From Lama guanicoe (Eukaryota): a stretch of 64,000 nt of DNA. Below are positions 1-12,398 of this stretch, piece after piece. Each line of letters begins with the position of its first letter. Within the stretch, counting starts at the first letter, position 1. The stretch is taken from NCBI GenBank assembly GCA_013239625.1, contig MU056050.1:7145838-7209837 (forward strand), given 5' to 3'. Made by a program: the position numbers and the translations under genes. A model generated the notes under the pieces. It made no database searches. It was not told the DNA's origin and worked only from the letters and a program-made list of their open reading frames with translations.

Positions 1-709
1 TATTAGGCCACAGAGGGCATTGCAGCCCAGCGGTGCTCAGGCTCCTACAGTTTTGGATTGAGCAAAATTGCCTTCTTCCTGCTGCATAAACACTTGAGAA
101 ACACAGAGTAAGTTGATGTGGCACTAGCCTAAAAGAACTGTTTCCTGTTGAATTTACTTTCTTGGATATTGAAGATGAGAAGAACAGAGTGTGAAATTGA
201 GCTTGTTCACATGAGCAGTTCCTGAAATTCCAAGCAGGTTGGAAGTTAATTCTTTAGCTGTAGAATTCTCTCTTTGCATCCCTCCTCTTTTTAACAAGGG
301 AATGAGCTGAAATTCAGAAATTCTATTTCTGAATAAAATGAATGATGACTCCCCCTTTAAACTTTCTCTCCCCTACATCTGGGATCTTATGAATTATAAT
401 CTTTGAAAAATGGAGGCTTCAAATCCAACCTGGTATTCTTCCCTCTAATATTGTATTAGAAAGAGTTCAGGAGAGACGATGAGAAGATTTTATTGTTGGT
501 AATTCACAATGAGTCTCTTCAAATAATGATTTGGGTGAAGATCCAAAAATTAGGATGAGATGATCATTTTAGGCTGAATGAATACTATTTTAAAACCTAT
601 TTTCTCATCTGTCTTAATTCTACCATTCAGTCTTTTCACATAAAATATGCTCACTGTAGAAAATTTAGAGGATGCTACTAAATGAAAAGAAATAGGAAGA
701 CACAAGTAG

Positions 710-905
710 TTAATAGCAACTACCATTTATTGAGCACTTACTATGTCCTTATATACTATCTCATTTAATTCTCTAAATAGTCTTAGTACTCTTATTATTC
801 CCATTTTACAGATGTAGAAATTGGGGTCCAAGATCACACAGTTAAGAGGTGGTGGAATTGAGGTATGAACACAGGCAGTCTGAGTCTAGAGCCCAATTTC
901 TTTAC
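710..905 (-). mobile_element. MIR SINE
   Basis: Reverse-orientation MIR core: catttattgagcacttactatg...cccattttacagatg...aggcagtctgagtctagagccc. Confidence 0.8.
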
Positions 906-1259
906 TAGTGTGCTTTTATACTTCTTTCTCAAGTGCCGTTATTTACAGAAGCAACTTAATACAGAGGAATTAGTCAAGGACCTTGAGTTTAGCTATGGTT
1001 TAGCCATTAATTAGCCATTAGAGCTTAGGTATCTCATCCAATCTCTTCCTGCCACAATTTTAATGGCTCTCAATTGCCTTTAGTATAAAAATCAAAGTTC
1101 TTTATTTTAGCATTCAAGGCCTCTATTCAGTTCTGGATTGTTCACTATTTTTGAATACCAGACTCACTTGAACCTTCCTGTCTTTATTAACATTTTAGGG
1201 TGAATTTGCTTGTATCCTGAATCATCCCTAACCAAGCTATACTCTCTATCCATATCTAA

Positions 1260-2590
1260 GCTCATTAATCATTCGTAAAATTTATTGATTGAGTACCTTC
1301 CAAATTCTAGGCATTGGGCTAACTACTAGAAATATGACAGTAAATAAGATAGCCAACATCCCAGGCCTCTAAGACTTTACAGTCTGGAATGAGAAACAGA
1401 GACTAAATGACTTTAAAAAAATAATTAAAACTTCAAATTATAATTAAGTGTCATTAAGGAAAATATTGACAGAGGAGCCTACCTTGGTGGGATGGTCAAG
1501 AAAGGTCTTTCTGCACAGCTGACGTTTAAGTTGACATATATAAAGAATGAGAAGGAGCCAGCACTGTTATGCTTTGAAAGAAGAGCATTCTAGAAGAAAC
1601 AGCACATGTAAAGCCCTGAGGTAGGAATGGGTTGGTTATGTGTCGTGGAACAGAAAGAAGGCCAGTGTGGCTAGAGCAGAGTGAACAAGGGGAAGAATGA
1701 AACAAAATAAGGCTGGAGAGTAATGCAGAGAGTTCGTGCAAGGTATTGTAGGCAAAGGCAAGTAGTTTTTTAAAAAAAATGAAATCAAAAGCCATTAAAA
1801 GGTTATAAATAGAGGAATTGTCAGTGATTAAGTTCTTGTCTTGTTACAGAAAGAATTCACAGATGAGACACGGAGGTTAAGAAAGTAAAGTGGGGATTTA
1901 TTAAGGGATGGATAGTACTCTCTCAAGGGGAGAGTGGGCAGGCTCAGGTGAGCGGCTGCCCTGAGTTTCTTTGGCAAGTTAGTTACATAGGGTGCAAAAA
2001 TGAATGGGTGGAATATTCATTGGGTAGGGAAGGGTTTGGGGTTGTATTTCCAGATTTTCATCCCAGCTCCACCTTCCTGAAGAGAGGAGGGATTTTTATC
2101 CTTATCTAGTCTGGATCAGAAATGTCATGGTGTTGGTGGACAATGGGTACTTCTAATCTGCAAGGCTATTTTTATTGTAATGAGGGCCTAATGAACAAAA
2201 GGTTATATTTGGACCCTGGAGATTCCTGCCATTTCTCACCTTTCTTTGTTGGCCTCCAGGACACTTGTCACCTCAAAATGTGTGATTTCTTATCAGTTCA
2301 GAGGTTCCTGCTTTTCTTTGTCTGCCCAAGGACCCTGTTGTTTACATGATATATGGTTTCCTGCATTTGGCCCATGCTCCTCCTTTTTTGTGCAATTCCT
2401 GCCATTTGGCCCATGTTCCCCTTTCTCTGCTCAAATCTAGCTATCTGTCTACTCTAACAGAATGATATGATATGCTTTGCTTTTGGAACAACAATTTAAT
2501 TGATCTGCTTTGCAATTGGAGCAACAGTTTAATCAGTTGATATGTAGATGGTGGTTTTAGGAGATCTAGAGTGGAGGTAAAAAGATGTCT
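1260..2590 (-). mobile_element. L2 LINE 3' part, interrupted by the LTR at 1819-2459; probably resumes at ~13960-14340
   Basis: Reverse L2 3' end (cattcgtaaaatttattgattgagtacc) followed by a purine-rich L2-like body. Confidence 0.65.
1819..2459 (-). mobile_element. Solo LTR, ERV1-class (641 bp)
   Basis: TG...CA termini, perfect 4-bp TSD GAAT (1815-1818 and 2460-2463), and a minus-strand AATAAA near 1900. Confidence 0.8.
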
Positions 2591-3034
2591 TATCAAACTG
2601 ACTCAAGAAGAAAGAGAAAATCTGGATTTTCTTTTAAGCGTTAAACATATTGATTCTGCCATTAAAAATCTTCCTGTGAAGAAAACCCCCAGGTCCAGAT
2701 GGCTTTAGCAGTGAGTTTTACCAGATATTCAAGAATGAAATAATTCTAAACTTGCACAAATGTATCCAGAGAATAGAAAAGGGGGATACTTCCCAACACA
2801 TTTTATGAAGTTAGTTTAACCTTGATAATGAAACTACAAAACTACGTAGGAAACTACAAAAAAATATAGGTCAACTATGAAAAATTATAGGCCAATCTCA
2901 TTCTTGAACACTGATGTAAAAATCTTGAGCAAAATATTAGCAAATTGAAACCAGCAGTGTTTAAAAATATAGTGACCAAGTTGGGTTCATGCTAAGAATG
3001 CAAAGTTGGTTTAACACAAGAAAAGAAAATTAAT

Positions 3035-4142
3035 AACAAACTTCTGCACAGCAAAGGAAACCGTAAGTGAAACAAAAAGACAATCTACGGAATGGGAGAA
3101 AATTTTTGCAAATGAAACCGACAAAGGCTTGATCTCCAGAATATATAAGCAGCTCACACAACTTAATAAGAAAAAAACAAACAACCCAATCCAAAAGTGG
3201 GCAGAAGACCTAAACAAGCAATTCTCCAAGGAAGAAATACAAATGATCAATTGGCACATGAAAAAATGCTCAATATCACTAATTATCAGAGAAATGCAAA
3301 TCAAAACTACAATGAGGTATCACCTCACACCAGTCAGAATGGCCATCAATCAAAAGTCCATAAATAACAAATGCTGGAGAGGCTGTGGAGAAAAGGGAAC
3401 CCTCCTATACTGCTGGTGGGAATGCAGTTTGGTGCAGCCACTGTGGAAAACAGTATGGAGATTCCTCAAAAAACTAGGCATAACCGTATGACCCAGAAAT
3501 CCCGCTCCTGGGCATATATCCAGAAGGAACCTTACTTCAAAATGACACGTGCACCCCAATGTTCATAGCAGCACTATTTACAACAGCCAAAACATGGAAA
3601 CAGCTTAAATGTCCATCGACAGATGACTGGGTAAAGAAGTGGTATATTTATACAATGGAATACTATTCAGCCATTAAAAATGACAACATAACGCCATTTG
3701 CAACCTCATGGATGTCCCTGGAGAATTTCATTCTAAGTGAAGTAAGCCAGAAAGAGAAAGAAAAATACCATATGAGATCGCTCATATGTGGAATATAAAA
3801 AAAAAAGAAAGAACATTAACACAAAACAGAAACAGACTCATAGACATAGAATACAAACTTGTGGTTCCCAAGGGGGCGGGGGGCAGGAAGGGACAAGCTA
3901 GGATTTTAAAATTTGTAGATACTGACAAGCATATGCAGGATAGATAAACAAGATTATACTGTATAGCACAGAGAAATATATACAAGATCTTATAGTAGCT
4001 CACAGAGAAGAAAAATGTGACAATGAATATATGTATGTTCATGTATAACTGAAAAATTGTGCTCGACACTGGAATTTGACACAACATTGTAAAATGACTA
4101 TAACTCAATAAAAAATGTAAAAAAATAAATAAATATCTTTAA
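3035..4142 (+). mobile_element. Young 5'-truncated L1 (end of ORF2, 3' UTR, A-tail)
   Basis: ORF-track peptides 3129..3491 and 3559..3798 are the L1 ORF2 C-terminus. TSD is approximately AAAAGAAA(A)TTAAT at 3021-3034 and 4143-4155. Confidence 0.92.
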
Positions 4143-5378
4143 AAAAGAAATTAATGTAATTCTGCCACCTTGACAAATTCAAGGAGAAAAGTAAAATGTA
4201 ATTTCAAATTGAGAGTGGCAAATGTAAGTAAACTATAACAAGAATTAAAGTAAATGTGAATAGTCTAAATACCCTAAACAAGGTAGAGATAGTCAAACTG
4301 GATTAAAAAAAAACAAGATTCAGCCATATCCTACTTACAAGAGACATAATTTAGATTTAAAGACACAATTAGGTTGAAAGTAAAAGAATGGAAAAACATA
4401 TACCATGAGAACAGTGACCATAGGAGAGCTGGAGTGGAAGACAAAATAGAGTTTAAGACAAGAAATATTATTAGAAAAAACTATGGATAAGCCAAAAAAG
4501 TGTGTACATAAAGAAGATACAGTGATTACAAATGTTTATGCACCTAAAAACAGACTCTGGAGAAGCAGACAATTTAACAATTGTAGTTGGAGACTTCAGT
4601 ACTCTCAATAATTGATAGAACAGACAGAAAATTAGCAATGATGCAGAAGACTTGAGCACTATCAACCAACTTGCCCTAACTGATATTTATAGACTACTCC
4701 ACTCAACAATTGCAGAATAAATATTCCTTTCAAGCACATATGGGATATTCTTCAAGTAGAGCACATGTTAGGCCATAAAACAAGTCATAATTAATTGGAA
4801 AGGACTGAAAACATACAAAGCATGTTATCTGATTACAATATGATTAAATTAGAAGTTGACAACAAGAACAAAAAGGAACCCTGGAAATCCCTAAATATTT
4901 GGAAATTAAACAGCATATTTCTAAATGAACAGAAGGAAACATCACAAGGAAAATTGGAATATATTTTGAATTGAATGGAAATGAAGACACCACATACCAA
5001 AATTTATGGTATGCAGCTAAAAGCAGTGATTTGTGGGGAAATTATAGCTTTAAGTGCCTAGATCAAAAAATATGCCAGAAAATAGAGTGAAATCAACAAC
5101 CTAAACTTCTACAATGAGAATAAAAAAAGAGGAGCAAATTAAACCCAAGATAAACAGAAGGAAATAATAATTAGATTAGAGGGAAACCAATGAAAGAGAA
5201 AACAGAAATATAAGACAGAAAAATCAGTAAAGACAAAAGTTGATCTTTGAAAAGTTCAAAAAAATTAATAAAGCTTTAGCTAGACTACCAAAAGAAAAGA
5301 AAGACACAAATTACCAAAGTCAGGAATGTAAGAGAACACCTCTACTGACCCTACAGAAATTAAAAGGACTATATGGAG

Positions 5379-5831
5379 GTCTATTAATTTCCTAGGGCTT
5401 CTCTAACAAGTTACCAAAAACTGGGTGGCTTAAACAACACAAATTTATTCTCTCACAGTCTGGAGGCTAGAAGTCTGAAATTAAGGTGTTGGTAGAGTCA
5501 CACTCCCTCCAAAAGCTCTAGGAGAGAATCTTTACCTGCCTCTTTAAGCTTCTGATGGTTGTTGGCAACCTTTGGCATTCCTTGGGTTGTGGCATCATAA
5601 CTACAATCTCTGTCTTTACATGGCATTCTCTAGTATATGCGTGTCTACTCTGTGTCTCACATGGCCTTATAATAAGGACACTAGACATTGAATCTAACGT
5701 CCACTCTAATCCAGCATGACCTCCTCTTAACTAATTATATCTGCAAAGACCTTATTTCTGACAAATGTCACATTCTGAGGTTCTGGGTGGACATGAATTT
5801 GAGGGGGGGGGACCATTATTAAATCCAGTAC
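5379..5831 (-). mobile_element. MaLR LTR (MLT1B/C-like)
   Basis: ctgggtggcttaaacaac...aaatttattctctcacagtctggaggctagaagtctgaaattaaggtgttgg is the reverse MLT1 signature. Confidence 0.8.
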
Positions 5832-6223
5832 ATGAGGGTATTACAAACAACTCTGAGCAAACAAATCGGGCAAATCATATGGAACTAACAAATTTCTAGG
5901 ATGGGGCAAGTTAATGAAACTAATTCAAGAAGAAATAGAAAATCTGAATTGACTTTAACAACTAAAGAAAATGAAATAATAATAAACATTTTTCAAAAGA
6001 AAAAAGTCCATACCCAGATAGCTTCACTATCAAATATTTAAAGAAGAAATAATACCAATCATTCACACTTTTAGAAATGAAAGAAAAAGGGTCATTTTCC
6101 AACTTATTCTATGAAGCCAGTGTTACCTGATACCAAAGTCAGACAAAGATATACCAATCCAAGAAAAAAACAAACCAATATCCCTCATGAACACAGATGC
6201 AAATGCCCTTAACAAAATATTAC

Positions 6224-6816
6224 TGTGCCAGATAGAATTCTAACATGTATCCCCAGGATTCCTGGCCCTTGGTGTACACACACTATTTCTCAGTTATTTA
6301 ATCAAACACTGATGTAGGTATTGCTGTGAGGAGATATGCAGATGTAATTAAGGTCCTAAATCAGTTGACTAATAGGTGATGGAGGTGGGTCTGACTTATT
6401 AACATGAGCCTTCTAAAAGCAGAGAGATTTCTCTGGCTGGTCTCAGAAGGAAAAGCCAGAGATTTGAAGCATGACAAGGATTTTATATGCTATTGCTGCT
6501 TGAAAATGGAGAGGGCAAGGAGCTCAGAGCAGCCCCTGGATGTTAACTAGAAAGGAAACAAGTGCCTCAGTCCTACAATGACATTGAACTAAATTCTCCC
6601 AACAAGAGTGAGTTTAGAAGTGTATTTTTCCCCAGAACCTACAAATGAGAGTCAGTTTGGCTGGCTCCTTGATTTCAGCTTTGTGAGACCCTGAACAGAG
6701 AACCCAGTCATGACATGCTAGACTTCTGATCTGCAGGACTGTGAGCTAATAAGTAGGTGTTCTTTAAGCTGCTGCGTTTGTGATAATTTGTTATGCAGCA
6801 AAGAAAGACTAATAAA
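6224..6816 (+). mobile_element. MaLR LTR (MLT1D/E-like)
   Basis: gatgtaattaaggtcc...gacttctgatctgcaggactgtgagctaataagtaggtgttctttaagc...ttgttatgcagca. Confidence 0.78.
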
Positions 6817-7529
6817 ATTAGCAAACCAAATTCAGCAACATATAACAAGGATTATACACCATGGCACAAATGAGATTTAGTCCAGTAATCCTAGTTTGGT
6901 TTAATATCTGAAAAGAAATTAATATAATATACTATATCAAAAGAATAAAGGAGGAAAAAAACCATGATCATCTCAAGAGAAGCAGAAAAATATTTTGACA
7001 AATCTAACAGTCATGATGCAACAAACCATAAATAAAAGGGAACTTCCTCAACCTGATAAAGAGTATCTACCAAAAAATCACAATTAACATCATAATTTAC
7101 AGTGAAAACTGAATGTTTTCCCATAAGTTCAGGAACGGGGCAAGGACGTCTGCTTTCACCACTTCTTTTAACATTGTACTGGAATGTCTAACTAGTACAA
7201 TAAGGCAAAAATAAATGAATGGATAAATAAATAAAATGGAATGGAAGAATTAAATGAGAATCCACAAAAATTTACTAGAACTAATAAATGATTTTAGCAA
7301 GATTACATGATATAAGATCAATGTATAAAAATCAATTGCATTGCCACATACTAGAATGAAAAATCAGATATTGAAATTAAGAAAACAATTCCATTCACAG
7401 TATCATCCCCAAAATAAAATATTTAAGAATACATTTAGCAAAAGAAGTGAAAGATTTGTACAATAACAACTACAAACATTGTTGAGAGAAATTAAAGAAA
7501 TTAAAGAAGACCTAAATAAAAGCAGAGAC

Positions 7530-7590
7530 CCACTGGAAATTGACACAACATTGTAAGCTGACTATAACTCAATAAAATAAAATAAAAAAA
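7530..7590 (+). mobile_element. Ultra-short (~61 bp) young L1 3'-terminal insertion
   Basis: Near-identical to the last ~60 nt of the L1 at 3035-4142 and flanked by TSD CAGAGAC (7523-7529 and 7591-7597). Confidence 0.85.
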
Positions 7591-8571
7591 CAGAGACATT
7601 TCATGTTCATGAATTGGAATATTCAATATTGTAAAGATGACTAGTCTCACAAAATTGATCCATAAATTACTGCAATCACTATAAAAATCCTAGCATCTTT
7701 TTTTTTGTAGAAACTGATAGATTCTAAATTTATATGGACATGCAAAGACCTAGAAGAACCAAAATGATTTTGAAAAAGAAAGATGGAATTTGAGGACATA
7801 CATTACTCAATTTCAAAATTTACTATAAAGCCACAGTTAACAAGACAGTATAGTGATGGCACAAGGATAGTTATATAGATCAATAAAACAGAATTGAAAG
7901 TCCAGAAATAAGTCTTGATACTTATGGTCAATTGATTTTCCACAAAAGTGTCAGGGCAATTCAATGGAAAAGATAGTCTTTTTGAAAAATGATGCTGGGG
8001 TAATTGAATATCTACTTGCAAAAAGAATGAATTTGGACCTATGTACAAAAATCCACTCACAATGTATAATCAAACTAAATATAAGAGCTAAAGTGTGAAA
8101 CTGATAGAAGAAAATATAGGAGAAGAACCTTCATGACCTTAAGTTCTTAAATAGAACATCAAAAGCATAATCCATAAAAAATTGATAAATGGACTTCAAC
8201 AAAATTAATAACATTTGTTAACAACAAATTACAATGTTTAACATTTGTTAAAAACAAATTAAACAACTAAATTAAAAACACTTGTACTTCATGAGACATC
8301 ATTAAGCAATTGTACCTTTGGTCATTTTCCTCAGAGAAATGAAAATCTATGTTCACACAAAAACCTATACACAAATGTTCATAGCAGCTTTAATTTTAGT
8401 AGACACAAACTGTAACAACTCAGATGTTCTTCAATAGGTGAATAGTTAAACAAACATACATGCATCCACATCATGGAATTCTATTCAGGAATGAAAAGTA
8501 ATGAATTATTAATACATGCATCTATTTGAATGAATCTGAAGGGACTTATGCTGAGTGAAAAAACCCAATCC

Positions 8572-11500
8572 AGGAGGATTCCAGACCAAAATGGTGACAT
8601 AGGAGGATCCCAAATTTCCCTCCTCTCCTGGACACACTGGATGTACAAATGCACATGGAGCAATTCCTTCTGGGAGAAATCCAGAAACTAGCTGAGTGAC
8701 TCCTAAATATCCAGTGACTGAGAAAGTAACAACATTGAAACAGATAGGAAAGGCTGAGACACTAGCCCTAAGCCCCAGCACAGCACCATACAGTTGGGAG
8801 GGAACTCCCAACTCCCAGCTTCTCTCTGGGGAACAAAAAAATTGGATTACTCATCTAGTGTCCCAACTTTTAAGACTCTCACCTGAGGGATGGCCCTCAA
8901 AACACCTATCTCTGAAAGCCAGTGGGGCTTACATTCATGAGTCCAACATAACTGTGGCAAACAAAGAACCAGCTCTTAACAGTCATGCAAGCACTCAACT
9001 GTGGCTATCCTCCAGGGCTCAATGCAAGGGAGCAGGCAAAAATGCTCATCTCCCGGTCTTTCCCTGAAAAGTGTTTGACTACCTATTTTGCAAGCAGCTG
9101 CCTTAAGGTCCAGCTTCTAATTATTATGCAACTGATGACTGTGTTCTTCCTTGGAACTCAAAAAAGCTGGTGAGCACTTCCTTTACCTTCTTCCTCTGGC
9201 TCTCTCCAACAATAAAACCAGCTTGCCAGTATTTCCCTTGCAGGACCTTGTCCACACTTCTAGCACCATAAATTTTATGGCTGTCATCTGAGGGACAGGC
9301 CTCCAAATCACCTAACTCTGGAAGCCAATAGGGCTAGCATCCACAAGTCTCATAAGACTATAGCAAACAAGGGCACAGTTTTTTTGGATGGAGGTACTGG
9401 GGCTTGAATCCAGGATCTCATGCATACTAAGCATGTGCTCTACCATGAAGCTATGCTCCCTTCTCCCAAGGGGCACAGTTTTTAAACAAGCACCGGTGCA
9501 CCCCTCATGCAGAGGGAGCAGGCAAAAGCCACTGACCTCTGTTTCTCCCTGGTAGGAGTCTGACTATGTACTTCCCAGCTGCTGCTGAAGGGTCCAGCTT
9601 CTAATCAGTCTGCATTACCCTGATACCAAGCCAGAGAAGGACAGTACAAGAGAAGAAAATTACAGGCCAATATCCCTGATGAACATAGATTCAAAAATTC
9701 TCAACAAACTGAATTCAACAATACATTAAAAGGATCATACAACATGATCAAGTGGGATTTATTCCTGTGATGGAAGGATAGTTCAGCATATGCAAATCAA
9801 TCAATGCAATAGTCCATATTAACAAAATAAAGTATAAAATCATATGATCATTTCAATAAATACAGAAAAAATATTTAAAATATTTCAACATCTATTCATG
9901 ATAAAAACTCTCAACAAATTGAGTATAGAAGGAAGATACACCACCATAAAAAAGTCATATATGACAAGCTCATAGATACAGTCATGCTCAATAATGAAAA
10001 ACTGAAGTTTTCCCTCTAAGATCAGGAACAAGACACAAACGCCCACTTTCACTACTTTTATTCAAGATAGTATTGGAAGTACTGGAAGTCCCAGCCAGAG
10101 AAATGAGATAAGAAGAAGAAAGGCATCTACATGGGAAAGAAAGAAGTAAAATTGTCTCTGTTTTCAGATGACATTGTGTTATATAGCGAAAGCTCTAAAA
10201 AATCCACCAAATAACTGTTAGTACTGGATAGTACTGGAAGTCCTAACCACAGCAATCAGAGAAGAAAAAGAAGTAAAAGAAATTCAAGTTGGAAAGGAAG
10301 AGGTAAAACTGCCATTGTTTGCAGATGATGTGATACTGTATATAGAAAATCCTAAAGATTCCATCAGAAAACTACCAGAACTCATCAACAAATTTGGTAA
10401 AATTGCAGGATACAAAATTAATATACAGAAATATGTTGCATTTCTATACATTAACAACAAACTATCAGAAAACAAAATTAAGGAAACAACCCATCACATC
10501 AAAAAAAAATAAAATACCTAGAAATAAACCTACCTAAGGAGGTGAAAGACCTGCATTTAGAAAACTAAAAAGCACTGATTAAATAAATTGAAGATGACAC
10601 AAACAGATGGAAATAAATGCCATGTTTTTGGATTGGAAGAATTAATATTGTTAAAATGATCATACTACCCAAGGCAATCTACAGATTCAGTGCAGTCCCT
10701 ACCAAAATACCAATAGCATTTTTCACAGAACTGTAACAAATAATTTAAAAATTTATATGGAAACACAAAAGACTCTGAATAGACAAAATGAGCTTAAGAA
10801 AGGAGAACAGAGTAGAGGAATCACACTTCTTGACTTCAGACTATACTACAAAGCTACGGTAATAAAAACAGTATGGTACTGGCACAAAAAAGACATACAG
10901 ATCAATAAAACAAAATAAAGAGCCCAGAAATAAACCCACTCACTTATGACCAATTACTCTACAACAAAGGAGGCAAGGGTATACAATGGAGAAAAGACAG
11001 TCTCTTCAATAAGTGGTGCTGGGAAAAATGGACAGATACATGTAAAATAATAAAATTAGAACACTCCCTAACATCATATACAAAAATAAACTCAAAATGC
11101 ATTAAAGGCCTAAATGTAAGGCCAGATACTATAAAACACCTAGAGGAAGACAGGCAGAACACCGACATAAATTGCAACAATATTTGTTTTTAGATCCATC
11201 TGCTAGAGCAATGGAAACAAAAGCAAAATAAACAAAAGGGACCTAATTAAACTTAAAAGTTTTTGAAAGTAGATTAAACCATAAACAAAACAATAAGACA
11301 ACCTACTGAATGGGAGAAGATATTTGCAAATGATATGACTGATAAGGGATTAATATTCAATGTATGGAAATAGCTCATGAAACTCAACATCAAAAAAAAA
11401 AGTCTGATTAAAAAATGGGCAGAAGAACTAAATAGACATTTTTCCAAGGAGGAAATGCAGATGGCCAACAGGCACATGAAAAGATGCTCAATATTTCTAA

Positions 11501-12382
11501 TCATCAGGAAAATACAAATCAAAACCACAATATAAGATATCACCTCACACTTGGTAGGATGTCTGTTATCAAAAAGGCAAGAAATAAATGCTGGTGAGGT
11601 TGTAGAGAAAAGAGAATCCTTGTATACTGTTGGCAGAAATGTAATCTGGTACAGCCACTATAGAAAACAGTTGGCAGTTTCAAAAAAAATTAAAAATAGA
11701 ACTACCATATGATTTAGCAGTCTCAGTTCTGGGTATATAGCCAAAGGATACAAAATCACTATCTTAAGGAGATAGCTGTAGTCCTGTGTACATTGCAGCA
11801 TTATTCACAATAGCCAATGTACAAAAAACCCTGTGTCCACCAACGGATGAATGGATAAAGAAAACGTGTTATATATACACAAAGGAATATTATTTGGCCT
11901 TGAAAATGAAGAAAATCCTGCCATTTGCAACAACATGGATGAATCTGGAGGACATTATGCTAAATGGAGTAAACCATATAGAAAACGAAAACAACACTGC
12001 ATGGTGTCACTTATATGTGGAATCTTAAAGTCAAACTCATAGAAATAGAGAATAGAATGGTGTTGGACTGGGGGGTGGGGGAAATAACAAGAGGCTGGTA
12101 ATAGGGTACAAATCTTCAGTGATAAGATGAACAATATCTGAGGATCTAATATATAACATGGTGACTACAGTTGATAATATTGTATTGTATAGTTGAAATT
12201 GCCAAGACAGTAGAACTTAAGTTTTTTCACACAAAAAAGGAAAATATGTGAGTGATGGATGTGTAAATAAATAAATAAACTCGATAGTAGTAATCCTTTC
12301 ACAATGTATACATATGGCAAATCATCACATTGTACCCTTTAATATATTACAATTTTATTTGTTAATTATACCATAATAAAGC
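8572..12382 (+). mobile_element. L1 with 5' UTR fused to mid-ORF2 (ORF1 and EN absent), TSD-flanked
   Basis: GC-richer 5' UTR at 8572-~9614, RT (FADD at 10318) through 3' UTR with AATAAA. 16-bp TSD TGAAAAAACCC(A/T)ATCC at 8556-8571 and 12383-12398. Confidence 0.8.
9385..9470 (-). mobile_element. tRNA-Ala-derived SINE (Vic-1-like, camelid)
   Basis: Reverse of atagcttcatggtagagcacatgcttagtatgcatgagatcctggattcaagccccagtacctcc plus A-tail. TSD GGGCACAGTTTT on both sides. Confidence 0.82.
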
Positions 12383-12398
12383 TGAAAAAACCCTATCC

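Larger units (their letters stand above)
2590..8570 (+). mobile_element. Old degenerate L1 (L1M-type) ORF2 and 3' fragments hosting several younger insertions
   Basis: A-rich L1 EN/RT-like sequence with many stops. The host 3' part resumes after 12398. Confidence 0.8.
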
